This document shows positions 25,007-38,250 of a stretch of 64,000 bases of DNA, one piece after another. The number at the start of each line of letters is the position of its first letter. Position 1 is the stretch's first letter. A program made the position numbers and the translations under genes. Origin of the DNA: Octopus vulgaris (Eukaryota); the NCBI GenBank assembly GCA_951406725.2, contig OX597822.1, positions 28,582,001-28,646,000 on the forward strand, given 5' to 3'. The notes beneath the pieces are model-generated. The model did not search any database. It was not told the DNA's origin and was given only the letters and a program-made list of their open reading frames with translations.

Positions 25007-27028
25007 CTACGGAGTTATATTCGTTGATGTTGTTTTATGAGCGAAATTAACATCAACAGATTCTTTTGTGGATGTTTTTGTAATTTTTTGCAGATTCTGA
25101 AAAATACTGCGTCGAGCAATACTTGTTGATAGAAACGATAAACATATAAGTAATCCAACGAATGAGTTTAAAATACAAAATAATAGAGAAAATTCTTCAA
25201 TTCTTGTAAACGTATACAGAAATGCGAATGTCCATGTTAGTCCCATGATAAAGAATAGTTTTACGCAAATGATACACTCCAGTTTATTATGTTTAGATAA
25301 ATATTTCGTTGAAAGTTTACGTGCCAAATAGAGCCCTCTAGCGGTGAGGGTAAAGGCTACGAAATTAAGACATAAAATAATCATTACAGGGATTAAAAAA
25401 AAACATAGCAGACTTTTTCCATTTTTAATCCAGCAAATATCTTTTCCATAGTCTGGGGAAAGTCCGTGATTTCCAGGAATATACTCAAATACCAGTGATA
25501 CTGTTACTATTACAAGTGGACAGATCCAAGCATACAAGGAACAAAATACAAATCTCTTGGTGTGTTTTCCTTTACTTCGAAGTTGTGTGAGTCCTGAGAA
25601 TGTGTGACAGGCATCAACTGACATGACATTCATCCAGAAGAAAGTCGCTAGAAACGAATAATGCATTACTACAGCTAAAGATTTGCACAGCACTGTAGAT
25701 TTAGTGACTTGTGATGAGATAAGAAAGAGAAGTTCAGCTACAAACAGTGCTAACAAAAGACTAATGAGTAATTTACCTGGTAAGGTACGGAGATCAGGTA
25801 TACAGAGATAGACTATAATAGTGATTGCAAGAGCTGGAATAGAGATTACGAGTCCCACTAATGTGATATAGCTCTCAGCTACGGAATATTTTGATATACC
25901 ATTGATATTTGATATATTATTGGTACCATTGTTTACACAGATACTTATTATACCTTGAGAATCTCGAGTGAATTCTGATTGGTTCAGAAAACGTTGGGTA
26001 TTATTTAAGTAGAGACGACCGTCACTAGTAATGTAATACTCAGATTCATTTAATCTTGTTGTCGTACAGTTTAGTGGAGGATGGTAGATAACTTGTCGAC
26101 ATTTATTGGTATTGATATCGTAGACAGCGTGCTTTGGACATGAGGTCCTCACTACACCGATACGATTTGTACTGGTCTGTTCATTTTTTACCATAAAGGA
26201 ATTCGTGTTGGAATAGAATATGATTGTCAGTGGAGGAAGTTGTCTCCCGAACGTGATAATAGTATACGTTACATTACACGGAGCTAAAACCCCATTACAT
26301 TTGGCACAGTCATTATTTTTGTAAAACACCCTATTTACATTATCTACATATATTAACGCCATTGGCTCAGACTCACATGCCACCGTTTGTTCTTTATTAC
26401 TATCTTGTGGACAACTCGAAATAAATGGAATACAAGAATACAAATATTTCTTCAAATCTTCTGGAGGTCGTTTCACATCTGGGTGACACCTTTTCTTCTT
26501 GAGATAATTTGTTATATTTTCAAAGCTTACATCAAAGAAGGAGTAGCAACGATATAAAATATTCCAAAGAATAAATTCTTCTCCATGACACAGAGCACAA
26601 TATAGGTTTCTATAGAGTATTTTACTTGTTTTACCAAAAGCGGGTATGTTTTGTAGTTGATCATCTGAGTCAGGATTTTCGCAGTTGTTCACATACTCCG
26701 TAACATCATGGTTAGGCGGACAACGGTCAAACTGATAATAATAAGTGTCATAATCAAGAGGTTCACCAAAACTTGTACAGCTGTAATATATTGATGGATA
26801 GGATTGTTTGTGATTAGAAGTGCTCTTATTAGCCATGTCAGAACAACATTCCTTGTAGAGGTAACAGTCCGGACGACACGAACAGCGTTCTCGTGTGTTA
26901 TGGCCGGGAGGATGGGAGCACAAAGCTGGGCTACAGTTGTTGAAGTATTGTGCATATGTTACAATATTTGAGAACAATAAAAGACAAACTACAACCAATT
27001 CAAAAGCTGTTTCCATTTTCAAAGACAT
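25007..27028 (-). CDS. Intronless family-B (secretin-class, Methuselah/adhesion-like) GPCR with SMB-like Cys-rich ectodomain, copy A (673 aa)
   Basis: Uninterrupted 2022-bp ORF with an N-terminal signal peptide, SMB-like CSCRPDCYLYKECCSD and two CP..C..Y(R/K)NxxCAxC modules. Seven hydrophobic helices carry family-B motifs (LRTLPGKLLISL, HYSFLATFFWMNVM, LYAWICP, YGKDICWI, KLFFIMGLTW). No GPS (CxCxHL/T) motif seen. Confidence 0.92.
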   Translation of the reverse strand: MSLKMETAFELVVVCLLLFSNIVTYAQYFNNCSPALCSHPPGHNTRERCSCRPDCYLYKECCSDMANKSTSNHKQSYPSIYYSCTSFGEPLDYDTYYYQFDRCPPNHDVTEYVNNCENPDSDDQLQNIPAFGKTSKILYRNLYCALCHGEEFILWNILYRCYSFFDVSFENITNYLKKKRCHPDVKRPPEDLKKYLYSCIPFISSCPQDSNKEQTVACESEPMALIYVDNVNRVFYKNNDCAKCNGVLAPCNVTYTIITFGRQLPPLTIIFYSNTNSFMVKNEQTSTNRIGVVRTSCPKHAVYDINTNKCRQVIYHPPLNCTTTRLNESEYYITSDGRLYLNNTQRFLNQSEFTRDSQGIISICVNNGTNNISNINGISKYSVAESYITLVGLVISIPALAITIIVYLCIPDLRTLPGKLLISLLLALFVAELLFLISSQVTKSTVLCKSLAVVMHYSFLATFFWMNVMSVDACHTFSGLTQLRSKGKHTKRFVFCSLYAWICPLVIVTVSLVFEYIPGNHGLSPDYGKDICWIKNGKSLLCFFLIPVMIILCLNFVAFTLTARGLYLARKLSTKYLSKHNKLECIICVKLFFIMGLTWTFAFLYTFTRIEEFSLLFCILNSFVGLLICLSFLSTSIARRSIFQNLQKITKTSTKESVDVNFAHKTTSTNITP

Positions 27029-27318
27029 AATGAATAATGCATGAATTGACCTTCCAAGTCCCGGTGATACTTTGATAATTTACTTCACTGCCGTAAATTT
27101 AAAGGTATTACTATGTACTTTCGAAATTTAGCAATGTCTCCAAGAGATATAATGATCAATACCTTCACAAAATTTTCATTCCGAAGCGGGGCAATGAAAT
27201 TAATTTCGGTAGATTTAGATTCTTTGATTTTATTGCTATTAAATGTTCGCGACTCGGCTACTTAGCGTCACATATATGCATGTATGAATATATATAGATC
27301 CGCAGATAGTTGAGGCAT

Positions 27319-27346
27319 CTGCAAAAGAACAAATATTTTATTAAAC
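27319..27346 (-). promoter_or_regulatory. Putative 3' splice acceptor 290 nt upstream of the GPCR A start codon
   Basis: Minus strand gtttaataaaatatttgttcttttgcag|atgcctc. Identical at 58003-58030 for copy B. Confidence 0.4.
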
Positions 27347-27414
27347 ATACTATTATTGTAAACATTGATACATATTCAAGCACACACGCGTATACACAGA
27401 TAAACACACACGCA

Positions 27415-27479
<65 letters not shown>

Positions 27480-27899
27480 ACTTATAAACTAGGGCAAAAG
27501 AAAAACTTCCAATGCCAAATATGCCGAAAATAGACTTAATCGTCAATAACCATATAATTTATCACTATAAGCACGCGTCTCGAAAGCAAGCCGATAGAAA
27601 TTTCTAATAAATTTCGTTATTATCGAATCGGCCCCGATTTCTGTGTTAATTCATTTAGAATTTTCTCGTCATCAGCGATAAATACGATCAGAAAATTAAT
27701 GAGATACGTACTTGTACCCACGGTAGAAGTAAACACTAAGTCCTGTGTGCACGTAAGTACCCCAAATATATTCAAAATAGAAGTTCAACAGCATACTTCG
27801 AGACACGTGTGATTCACTTCGGAACTCTCTCACTATATGAGAATTTTCAGTCCGATCACATATTTTGATTTATTTATTATTATTATTATTGTTATTATA

Positions 27900-27949
<50 letters not shown>

Positions 27950-30900
27950 TAGTGTTGTTGTTATACATACATATATACAAGCATACGTAATGAAAATAAT
28001 AATAAGTGGATGTAAACACATGAACAAAATAAGAATAAACAAAAACAACAACAAAAGCAAATTACACGAAGGTATATAAACAGAAGATTTAAATATTACA
28101 GGCATCCCTCCACCACACACACACTAACTAAACTTAGACGGACGCACATAGAGATATAAGCGTGCGCAAATGAAGACATACAATAGAAATACAAAATGGC
28201 TGACGGTTAGTAAGGAAAGACACAAATAAGAAAGAAGAAAACAAAGGACCACTGATGCGGTCAAAGGAGTGTGACGAAAGAACTCTGGCCGAAATTAAAT
28301 TAAGATTAATGTACAAAATAAATATCACTGAAGCAAAATAACACCAAATATATAGTGCGTGTGTTTTTATTGGCTAAAACTGGCAAAATGACCATTCCGA
28401 AATATAACAATATCTGTTTTAACACACGACTTCACATAAAAAATCTTGCACGACAAATATATAAACGTACAATAATACGGCTGAAACAAAATAAAAGCAG
28501 AGAGGCGCAACGAAGTAGAAGGATAAATTTTGTCAGTGTCTTACTGCTGTGCAGAGGAAAACAGTGATATCATTACACAGAATGCATTGCTTAAATTTTG
28601 CATGGTAAAGAATATTGTTCTTACCAATATCCAAACTTGACTTAGGTGCTCAGACGTCGCAACAACAATTGCCGTTACCTTCTATATCTAGATGTGAATT
28701 GAAAGCAGGATGGGCACGTCATTGAAAGTGATAGGAAAAGAAGGCAGATAGAATGAATGAGAACGATAGAGATATCGACAATAAAATGGAATCAAATGAC
28801 AAGTAGCAAAGTGGTCAATATGTAGCTGCCGTTTTCCGGAAGCAATCTAAGAACAATAATACGGCTGAGTCAGGGAGAGAAACAAAAGAGAGAATACAGT
28901 AACATTATCACGAAGACAGAGTTCACAAGGAGGTTATATACAGTGTATAGTAAATACTTCGAAATACAGCGATATCTTTATGGAGAATACATTGGTTAAT
29001 TTGCATGGAAGCTTATGCTGCTGTTCCTGTTATCCAGAGTTTGTCTAAGAACTGAGATTGTGGAAGCATTTGCACCTGCAGCTGTTAATTGATTTTTAAT
29101 GAAACCAGAATGGGTAAAATGTCATTAAGAGAGAGAAGGATAAAGATATTACCGATATAATAAGACGGATTTTCATTAAAACTAGGATGGGACAAATGTC
29201 GTTAAAAGAGAGAGGGGTAGACAGGAGTGACGAGGAAGAAATTGACTATATTTAGGAAACCATTCCGAAAAACATCGATATCCTTTCCGAAAATACAAAA
29301 GTTTATTAGAATTGAAAATTATACTGCACTTATTAATAGATTTTAAGTTAAAATGGGAGGTAAAAAAATTATTAAAACAGAGAGGGAAAGACACAGACAG
29401 ATTGAGAGGGTGAGTGATAATGGCAGAGATATCACCAAGAGAGGGCCAACGAACGAGAAGTTTGAAAGTCATCAGAAGAATTGATTAGTTAATTAACCTG
29501 GAAGTCAAAATTGCTGTTACAGCTATCGCTGAGCCGTAATGATGATTTACGTTACAAGAACTTCCACCTACAGCTTCAGCTAGATTTTTAGTGAAGCCAT
29601 GCAGTATGTTATTAAGAAAGAAAGAAAAAAGAGAGAGAAAGAGAGGAGAAAAGAGAGAGACAGAAGGACAAAGATATCAAAGAAGGAGACAATGAAGGTT
29701 AGTATGTTTTAGTATGTTTAGTATGTTTTAGTACAAAAATACGGCTGAAGGAAAATAAAAGCAGAGAGGCGCAACGAAGTAGAAGGATAAATGTTATCAG
29801 TGTCTTACCGCTGTGCTGAGGAAAACATTGATATCATTACAAATATTTCATTGCTTAGTTTTTGCATGATAAAGAATATTACTCTTACCAATATCCAAAT
29901 TTCGCTTCGGTGCTCAGACGTCGCAACAATAGTCGCCGTTACCTCCTATAGCTAGATGTGAATTGAAAGCAGGATGGGCACAATGTCATTGAAAGTGATA
30001 GGAAAAGAAGGCAGAGAGAGTGAATGAGAACGACAGAGATATCGACAATAAAGTGGAATCAAATAACAAGTAGCAAAGTGGCCAATGTGTCGCTGCAGTT
30101 TTCCGGAAGCAATCAGAGAACAATAATACGGCGGAGTCAGAGAAAGAAACAAAAGAGAGAATACAGTAACATTATCACTAAGGAAGAGATGACAAGGAGG
30201 ATATAATAAGACGGATTTTCATTAAAACTAGGATGGGACAAATGTCGTTAAAAGAGAGAGGGGTAGACGGGCATATCTCCAAGAGAGTGTCAACGAAGGT
30301 GAGGTACGAAGACTTGCTTGTATGTGGCAGATCTGTTGAGTAGTAAACAAAGAACAATGAGAGAAGGAGAAAAAATGAAGAGAAAACAGTGTGATCCATA
30401 TCGAGGATAAATTTGTTAATTTACATGCAATCGTCTATAAACAAACAATGATTGAGAATTGTGAAGTAGTAAAGATTTCCGCCTACGGCAAAATCTATAT
30501 TTCTACTTACACCAGGATGGGCCGTATGGCATTAACAAGGAGGTGGATGGAGAGGAAGAGAAATGGCAGATATATCCCCAACAGAGTGGCAACGAATGAG
30601 GGGACCGAAGGTCTTCAGTATGTGGCAACAGTATTGAAGAAGAAAATAAAGAATAATAATGAAAAGGAAAGAAAAAGGGAGAGAACAGTAAGATTAACAC
30701 TAAGGAAGAGATGACAAGGTACAAATTTACAATACCTAGAAAATATTTCAGGAAAAGTTCCTATTTTTACGGAGAACATTTGTATTAGCATGCAAGACAA
30801 TATTTTTCTTACCGATGCCCAAAGTCGGCAGGAGAGTTCAGAAGTCGGCAGGAGAGTTCCGTCAACAGATGCAGTTAGATTGTTAATGAAAAGAGGAGGG

Positions 30901-31699
30901 GCAGAATATCATCAAGGGAGTAAGGCCAAGAGAAAAAGAGAATGTGTGAACAACGGAGATATTACAAATAGACGAGCAACTTCTATTGGGATGTCGCAGT
31001 TGTGTTGAGGAAAAAAAGACAGAGATAGACAGAGAAAGAAAAGGAGAGAAAACAGTAATATTATCAGTGAGAAGGGAGTGACGAGGAAGAAATTGACTAT
31101 ATTTAGGAAACCATTCCGAAAAACATTGATATCCTTTCGGAAAATACAATAGTTTATTAGAATTGAAAATTATACTGCACTTATTAATAGATTTTAAGTT
31201 AAAATGGGAGGTAAAAAATTTTTTAAAACAGAGAGGGAAAGACAGAAACAGACTGAGAGGGTGAGTGATAATGGCAGAGATATCACCAAGAGAGGGCCAA
31301 CGAACGAGAAGTTTGAAAGTCATCAGAATTGATTAGTTAATTAACCTGGAAGACAAAATTGCTGTTACAGCTATCGCTGAGCCGTAATGAGAATTTACGT
31401 TACAAGAACTTCCACCTACAGCTTCAGCTAGATTTTTAGTGAAGCCATGCAGTATGTTATTAAGAAAGAAAGAAAAAAGAGAGAGAAAGAGAGGAGAAAA
31501 TAGAGAGACAGAAGGACAAAGATATCAAAGTGGGAGACAATGAAGGTTATTATGTTTTAGTTGTGTTAACGTAGAAAGCAAAGTACAATAACACGGCTGA
31601 AAGAAAATAAAAGAAGAGAGACACAACGAAGTAGAAGGATAAATTTGTCAGTATCTTATCGCTTTATTCTTTCTTTTTTAGAACATAAAGCATTCTAAG

Positions 31700-33860
31700 A
31701 TCCTTTGTGTCCTAAGTAGTGCTGACATCAAGTTTGAGCAAAATATGTCAAAAGTGGTAAAAGTTATTGTTGAAAATGTAGTGTAGACAATTTTAGTGGG
31801 AAATCCTATAAGGAATCGGTTTATCAATTTTTTATCCTGATTCAATGGAAAACCCCAAATGGATTCCTGCGATTGATATTGTTTAGCTTTGGGATCTGTT
31901 GGTGGACATGGCGAAGCATGGTCTCACCAGGAACTGCGTTAAACTGAAGTTAAACGGCATGTCTGACCCCAAGGGTAAAGTTGCTCCTTGAAATGAAAAC
32001 ATTTTCACCCTCCCGCACCCTGTAACAATGGTGGCCTCAATCAAGTGGGGCATCAGGGACTTGATTACTAAGCGGATCCCGTTGCACTGTTTCGGATGAG
32101 TGCACTTGTGATAGGTTGATGCTAAATAATTATAGTCCTAGAACCGTTCTCTCCTGAGGCATACCACTTATTACAGGGTACTTTGCAAAGAAAAACCATT
32201 TCCAGCAACAGATGACTCCAACCATGTAGGAAGTCAAAGAGCCATTCGCTGAGTTTTCCTGAGATACCTTAACTTATCAAGGTATATACAATCAATATCC
32301 TTTCCTCTCGAGCGATTATTAGAATTATGCTACGGTACTGTAATAGTTATGAAAGGTAACTTCGTCTAGCCCAAAAACCATCTACGAAGTTGTTTTCAAC
32401 AAGGCATGTACTGATTCTATTTCAGACAATGCGTTTGAATTTTATATGTGTGAGATTGGAGTGAAACAGGTGTGTAGTTTTTAGCTTCAGACTCGCTACC
32501 TTCCTTTGTGTATTGTGTGTAGGTATTACTACTACATCTTTTAATAGTTCTGTGAAATCGCCGGTAACTAGCGACTTTTGAAATAGCATGTTTAATGGTT
32601 TCACGAGGCTGTCTTTGCACGTTTTTAGTAACATAGCTGAGAGGCAGTCTTGTCCAGATGCTAAGTTTGTTGTAAGTTGAGTTCTGGGAACCAAAGAATT
32701 CATTTGGCCCAAATGTTATTTTCTTAACTATAGGTTGGGAAGAAGCTCAGTCATAATGTCGACTGAAGAATGTGCATATGTTTGATGAATCATTAGTATA
32801 TGATCCAGTTTGATTCATTAGATAACCAATCTGGTTACGCGTAGCTGATTTTTGTTTAGCAAAGGAGAAATATTATTGAACTTAAAAATAGATTTTATAA
32901 TTTACACAGCTCGATGTTCTCTTAGCGAAGTTTCTTTTTCATGATATAGTTTAAGTCCAGTTTGTTTGTTGTTGTTTTTGTTTTTTGTTTTACTTAATCT
33001 CATCTGCTGAGATAGTTTGGTTTTTAGTTGTTTTCTTGGTTTGGTTCTGTTACACACTGGTATCCGTCTATCTCACAGGATCAAGGGCTCGTGGGAATAG
33101 GCGTGATTATATGAGTCATGCTTTCAACAGATCCTGATTAATTCCTCGTACAGAAAATTCATTCCCTCGTTAACATTGAGATTGCCGATTTGTTTCCAAG
33201 ATTTCAGTTTCGATTTCATTCCACTTGACCTTCCTGAAATTCAAGTTCATGAGGAGTGAGTCAGGCTGGATGTTATTTTTGTGTGTTAGCCTCTTTGAAC
33301 CATATACAGATAATTGTATAATGTGGTCGGAAATAACTATCGGAATGATCTAAACATTGTGAGTGAAGTCTGTATTAATGGTAATGACTGGGTCGAGTAT
33401 TTTACCCCTGGTTGGACTAATAAGGATCTGTGGTATGAGAAAGTCTTTTAATAGTATCGAAAAAAGCATTCATATCTCTCCTCTTCCCTTGCATAAATTC
33501 AGGTTGGATATAAACCTCAGGCTAGCTGAGATTAGGAAAACTAATCAGTTGGCCTCAAAGAGGTTTGGCTTATGAGCGACAAAAAATTTTGAAGTGATCT
33601 CTGTGGCTAGCTACATCAGGAAGACAGTAGGTAATACCTATGATCAAATTGGGGCCAATCACGTGCATTATTAGTATATCGCGCATTATGTTGGGGTGGG
33701 GAAGGAAGACATTTGTTGCCAGGTCTTCTTGGGTAAAAATTGCTATTTCTCCTTAGTTCCATATTCTGTGATAAGTTCTGAATAGTACAAAACCTGACAT
33801 ATGTATTTCCGCATCCGATATGTCTGGGGTCAGTTGCGTTTTCTGTAGATTTGGTTGTGG
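31700..33860 (-). mobile_element. Degraded CR1/L2-group LINE, unit 2 copy
   Basis: Collinear with 2930-5060. NYTPVSLQS in ORF 32417-32620. Confidence 0.8.
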
Positions 33861-33976
33861 TTTGAAGTCATGCTTTTACTAGAGCATCGAGTCCCTAAAG
33901 GATTGGTGAAGGGACAGTCATATATCAGAAATAATCTTTCGTGTTGCGAAAACAATAGATTCCGGGTTACATATGT

Positions 33977-34204
33977 GCGGCGAGCTGGCAGAGACGTTAG
34001 CACGCCGGGCGAAATGCGTAGCCGTATTTCGTTTGCCGTTACGTTCTGGGTTCAAATTCCGCCGAGGTCGACTTTGCCTTTCATCCTTTCGGGGTCGATA
34101 AATTAAGTACCAGTAACGCACTGGGGTTGATGTAATCGACTTAATCCGTTTGTCTGTCCTTGTTTGTTCCCTCTGTGTTTAGCCCCTTGTGGGTAGTAAA
34201 GAAA
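33977..34204 (+). mobile_element. tRNA-derived SINE, unit 2 copy
   Basis: Copy of 5174-5401. Confidence 0.8.
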
Positions 34205-34750
34205 ATATATGTAGTAGTTATTAAGCGTCATTTAGCATTTAGTGGTGGTGGTGGTGGTGGTGCTGCTGCTGGTGCTGGTGCTGGTGGTGGTGGTCGTCGT
34301 CGTCGTGGAAAAGCTGGAGACTGTGTTGTATAATAGGCCATCAATTGTTCTACAATTGAAGAGTGACTGCCAATGGCGATCATGTCGTTGCAATTATTTA
34401 GTTGTTGTAAGAGTAAGAGCAGTAGAACATAATGACAATGATGATGATGGTGATGAAGAGTCACTTGAACTATTTCGAGAGAATGAAATAGCTACACAGA
34501 GATGGGCTCTTGATTGTGGAGTTTCATATTTCCTTAATTGTATCGAGGAGTGGCCGTAGTTTTCGTTGTTTTGTTGCTGTAATATTGTTGTTACATATAT
34601 ATATGTGTGTGTGTGTGTGTAAACATATATATGTATGTATAACTTGCATTTAACATATGATCTTCCAATCTAGATCCATACATGTATATCTATACACACA
34701 CACACACACGCACGCATATATATATAAATATATATATATCTGTAAACGTA

Positions 34751-34800
<50 letters not shown>

Positions 34801-35055
34801 TAAAGCTCTACCTGCGACGATTTCATCTTAATCGAAGGAGAGGAGCTTTCTCCGTCCGGGTTGCGGATCCGTGGAACAAGCTGCCAGACGAGATGGTGAT
34901 GATGCCGACGACCGCTTTGTTCAAAGCCTCCCTGGACCTCAAGTGGCCTGAACTCTTTACATGAACACCACCCTGTACTTAACTCCATGTCCCCCTACAT
35001 GGCCTTGCTATTTTTTTTAAGCCAAATTAACTAACTAACTAACTAACTAACTAAC
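34801..35055 (+). mobile_element. 5'-truncated CR1-type LINE 3' end with (CTAA)n tail, present only in unit 2
   Basis: Translates KLYLRRFHLNRRRGAFSVRVADPWNKLPDEMVMMPTTALFKASLDLKW* (CR1 C-terminal FS.RV...WN.LP..FK..LD), then a short UTR and (ctaa)n. Confidence 0.8.
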
Positions 35056-35587
35056 ATATGTGTACATGTATGTATGCATGTGTATATCTATGTGTGATGT
35101 GTGCATGTGTGTGCGTGTTGTATATGTACATATATGTATATATATATATGTCTACATATTCATCTATGCGCATTTGCATTTTTTGAAGGTGTATGTATAT
35201 ATTAGATTGAATTTGTGTATACATGTACGCGGGCGTATGTTTATATATGTATATCCATACATATATGTATATGTGTGTGTATGTGTATGTCTATGCATAT
35301 CCATCTATGTAATTACGTATGTGTATACGTGAGTGTATTAACACGTGTGTCTCAAACTTTGCACAGACGTTTGTATCTTGCTTTACGTACGAATATATGC
35401 ACATAATTATCTATGCTATGTATGTGTATTTATGTATATATACACACGTGTGTACCTGCATATATGAGATCCTATACATATATATATGTATGTATTCGTC
35501 CATGCGTATGCGTATGTGCGTGTATCTAGTTGTATGTTTATACCCATATACTTAGATGTGCGCGTATGAAAGCGTATGTACAATGCG

Positions 35588-35630
<43 letters not shown>

Positions 35631-35861
35631 AGAAATGAGGTACTCAGAAAATCGGATGGTTTGTATTAATAGATATTTGTTTGTATATTACATTTTTTAT
35701 ATATCATATAACTTAGATCATGTATTCGCGCTTTCTCCCATTCTAGTGGGGTTTTCAAATCAAACTAAGTTCCTGTGTGAGGAGTTCTGACCATTTTATA
35801 GTGGTATTGAGTTTGTAGTGATGGGGAGGAATATAAGACAGTACAAGAGGGTGATGGATGA

Positions 35862-35928
<67 letters not shown>

Positions 35929-36182
35929 TGTATGTATGTATGTATGTATGTGTGTCTGTGTAAAGGGGTTAATTTCATTCTTAAGAACATGATAGCAGTA
36001 TATTCACTCTGTACAGTGAAGAATCATTACGTCATTTTCTCTAAACTAGAATGTTCCATGTTCATATTTGAATTTTTTGGCGTTTTAATTTTTCCTTGTT
36101 TTTTACTAATTCGCGAAGTTGATGGACATATAGCGGTACGTAAAATCGAATCAGAAACTCTCTACTGAGACTTTGTACCGAT

Positions 36183-36224
36183 GTACCTGAAGAGACCCAT
36201 AACGGGTCGAAACATGTATCGTAC
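36183..36224 (+). ncRNA. Hammerhead ribozyme motif, unit 2 copy
   Basis: gtac-CTGAAGA-gaccc[ataac]gggtc-GAAAC[atgt]ATC-gtac followed by AATAAA. Stem III has a C-A mismatch. Confidence 0.62.
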
Positions 36225-36624
36225 CCAATAAAATATTTTACTCAATCCATCTATTTTATTAATACTGTTACCCTAACCGCCACTACGAAGTTCCTACAGT
36301 AAATCTACGGTTAACAACATATAAACAAAACTGTACCGGTGCTTTACTCATCTTTTAATACATTTTGTATAATTTCTCCATTATAGGTAAACATATATGA
36401 GAGGTATTCGTATCTAGAAGACACAAATGGTAGCAGGTAACGCTAAGTAAATGCTATGGACAGACCGTAGTTAAACTCTTGGTTCGATAATGATACGAGT
36501 GAGGAGTCTAAGGTGTGTCTTGTACTAGTATGCATATATATATTAGACAGAATGAGATAACAAAGCAAAGTTGTGAGTTTTCAGGATATGTATAATGGAA
36601 GTCTTACATATACACACACACATT

Positions 36625-36667
<43 letters not shown>

Positions 36668-36704
36668 ATGTATATTTATATATGTGCGTGTGTATATATG
36701 TATG

Positions 36705-36773
<69 letters not shown>

Positions 36774-36796
36774 GTGTGCGTGTGTATATATGTATG

Positions 36797-36831
<35 letters not shown>

Positions 36832-37069
36832 CCAATAACACCATATTTGTTCCACGTCCTCGCGTTGTGCTTTCTCTTTGTTCATGTTTGAAGTAACTAT
36901 ATATATGTGCGTGCGTGCGTGTGTGTGTGTGTGTGTGTGTTTGTGTGTTTGTGTGTGTGTGTGTGTGTGTATGTGTGTGTGTGTGTTTTCATCAACGAGA
37001 TGTCCAATAGATGAGACTGCGACATCATGCTTTTTAGCTAATGAGAAGAACATTTTCGGGTTGGCATTT

Positions 37070-38250
37070 ATTTAATCAATGGTCCATTTCTCTTCTGCTT
37101 TTCTTTGATCGTCAATAACATTTCTCAAACAGTTTTGGAGATGGTGTTTCCTTGATTCTAGTGAGCCTATATCCGCCATGTGGAAGTGTTGCAACTAGCA
37201 ATATCTTAGCCGGTTCATTTTTTGATTCGTTCTCTTTATCTTTCGTATGAGTGATTTTCTGGGAAGTGTTAGTCCGTATTTTGTCTTGTTCATGAACCAT
37301 AGTGGGGTGTAATCATATGTTTGTGAAAATGTCCATAAATTGCAGCCATGATGAATCAATGCTTCTTGTAGTAAAGTTGTCTGCGAAAGGCCAATCAATG
37401 AGTGAGAGCTCGTGGTTGATTGCAGACCAGTTAGCATTGTGAAGATCCATGAGATTGAAGAGGTGTGAGTGATTGAGATTACTCGGATACGCAATTGGCT
37501 GCCAGAATCTTAGGTGACAGAGAACCATAGAGTGGTCGAAAGAAGAGTTTTCCACTGTAATATCGTGGATATTGTTTGTGTGTTTGCTTGGCACTAAATC
37601 CAGAATGTTCTTGTTGAATCTCGTTGGTACGAGCACGAGTTGGGATAGGAAAAATTCATCCATAAATTGAAATAGGGATTCCACTGCGGCTTTGTCTGAA
37701 GTGAAACTGTACGCACCAGTTTTCAGGGTATGAGTAGACCAGTTAATACAGGGGAAATTGAATATGCCAATCATTAAAATATTATCAGGTTGACATTGTT
37801 GAATGAAAGACTTGATGTTCGTGAGGCAGTCCTTGAAGCACAATAGCGGTGCATGAGCTGACCTGTAGAGCCCAATTATTTCTAAATCATTATGATACTG
37901 ATTCACAATAGCCCTTGGAAAATGTGACATTTCTTTCTGCAGTAAATGAGTCTTGTAGGAATATGACAAATCCTACCATTTTTCTACCTCGGATTGTGGT
38001 GAAATTCCTTACTTTTACTTCAGCTTCCAAGTGGGAGTTGTTAAGGTAGGTTTCAGTAAGGAAGAAGAAGGGAACGTGATGAGTGTGGTCGGTAACCAAA
38101 TCCTAAATGCATTGCATGGAAGGGTGTGCATATGCCTTGAACATTGGGTAAGAATGTTGAGACTGGAGTAGTGGCCTGGTCAGACTTTTTTAGAGGTCTC
38201 GATAGAAATTTATGGGTTAATAACAGTGACGAGGATAGGTTTTGCACTGA
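37070..38250 (-). mobile_element. APE endonuclease LINE fragment, unit 2 copy (less deleted)
   Basis: 218-aa ORF 37313-37969 with FLSQLVLVPTR..ILDL..FDH. Confidence 0.82.

Noticed and set aside
26689-26955. 88-aa alternative-frame ORF inside the GPCR (also 57373-57639)
   Set aside because: Short out-of-frame overlap with no ATG start or recognisable motif.
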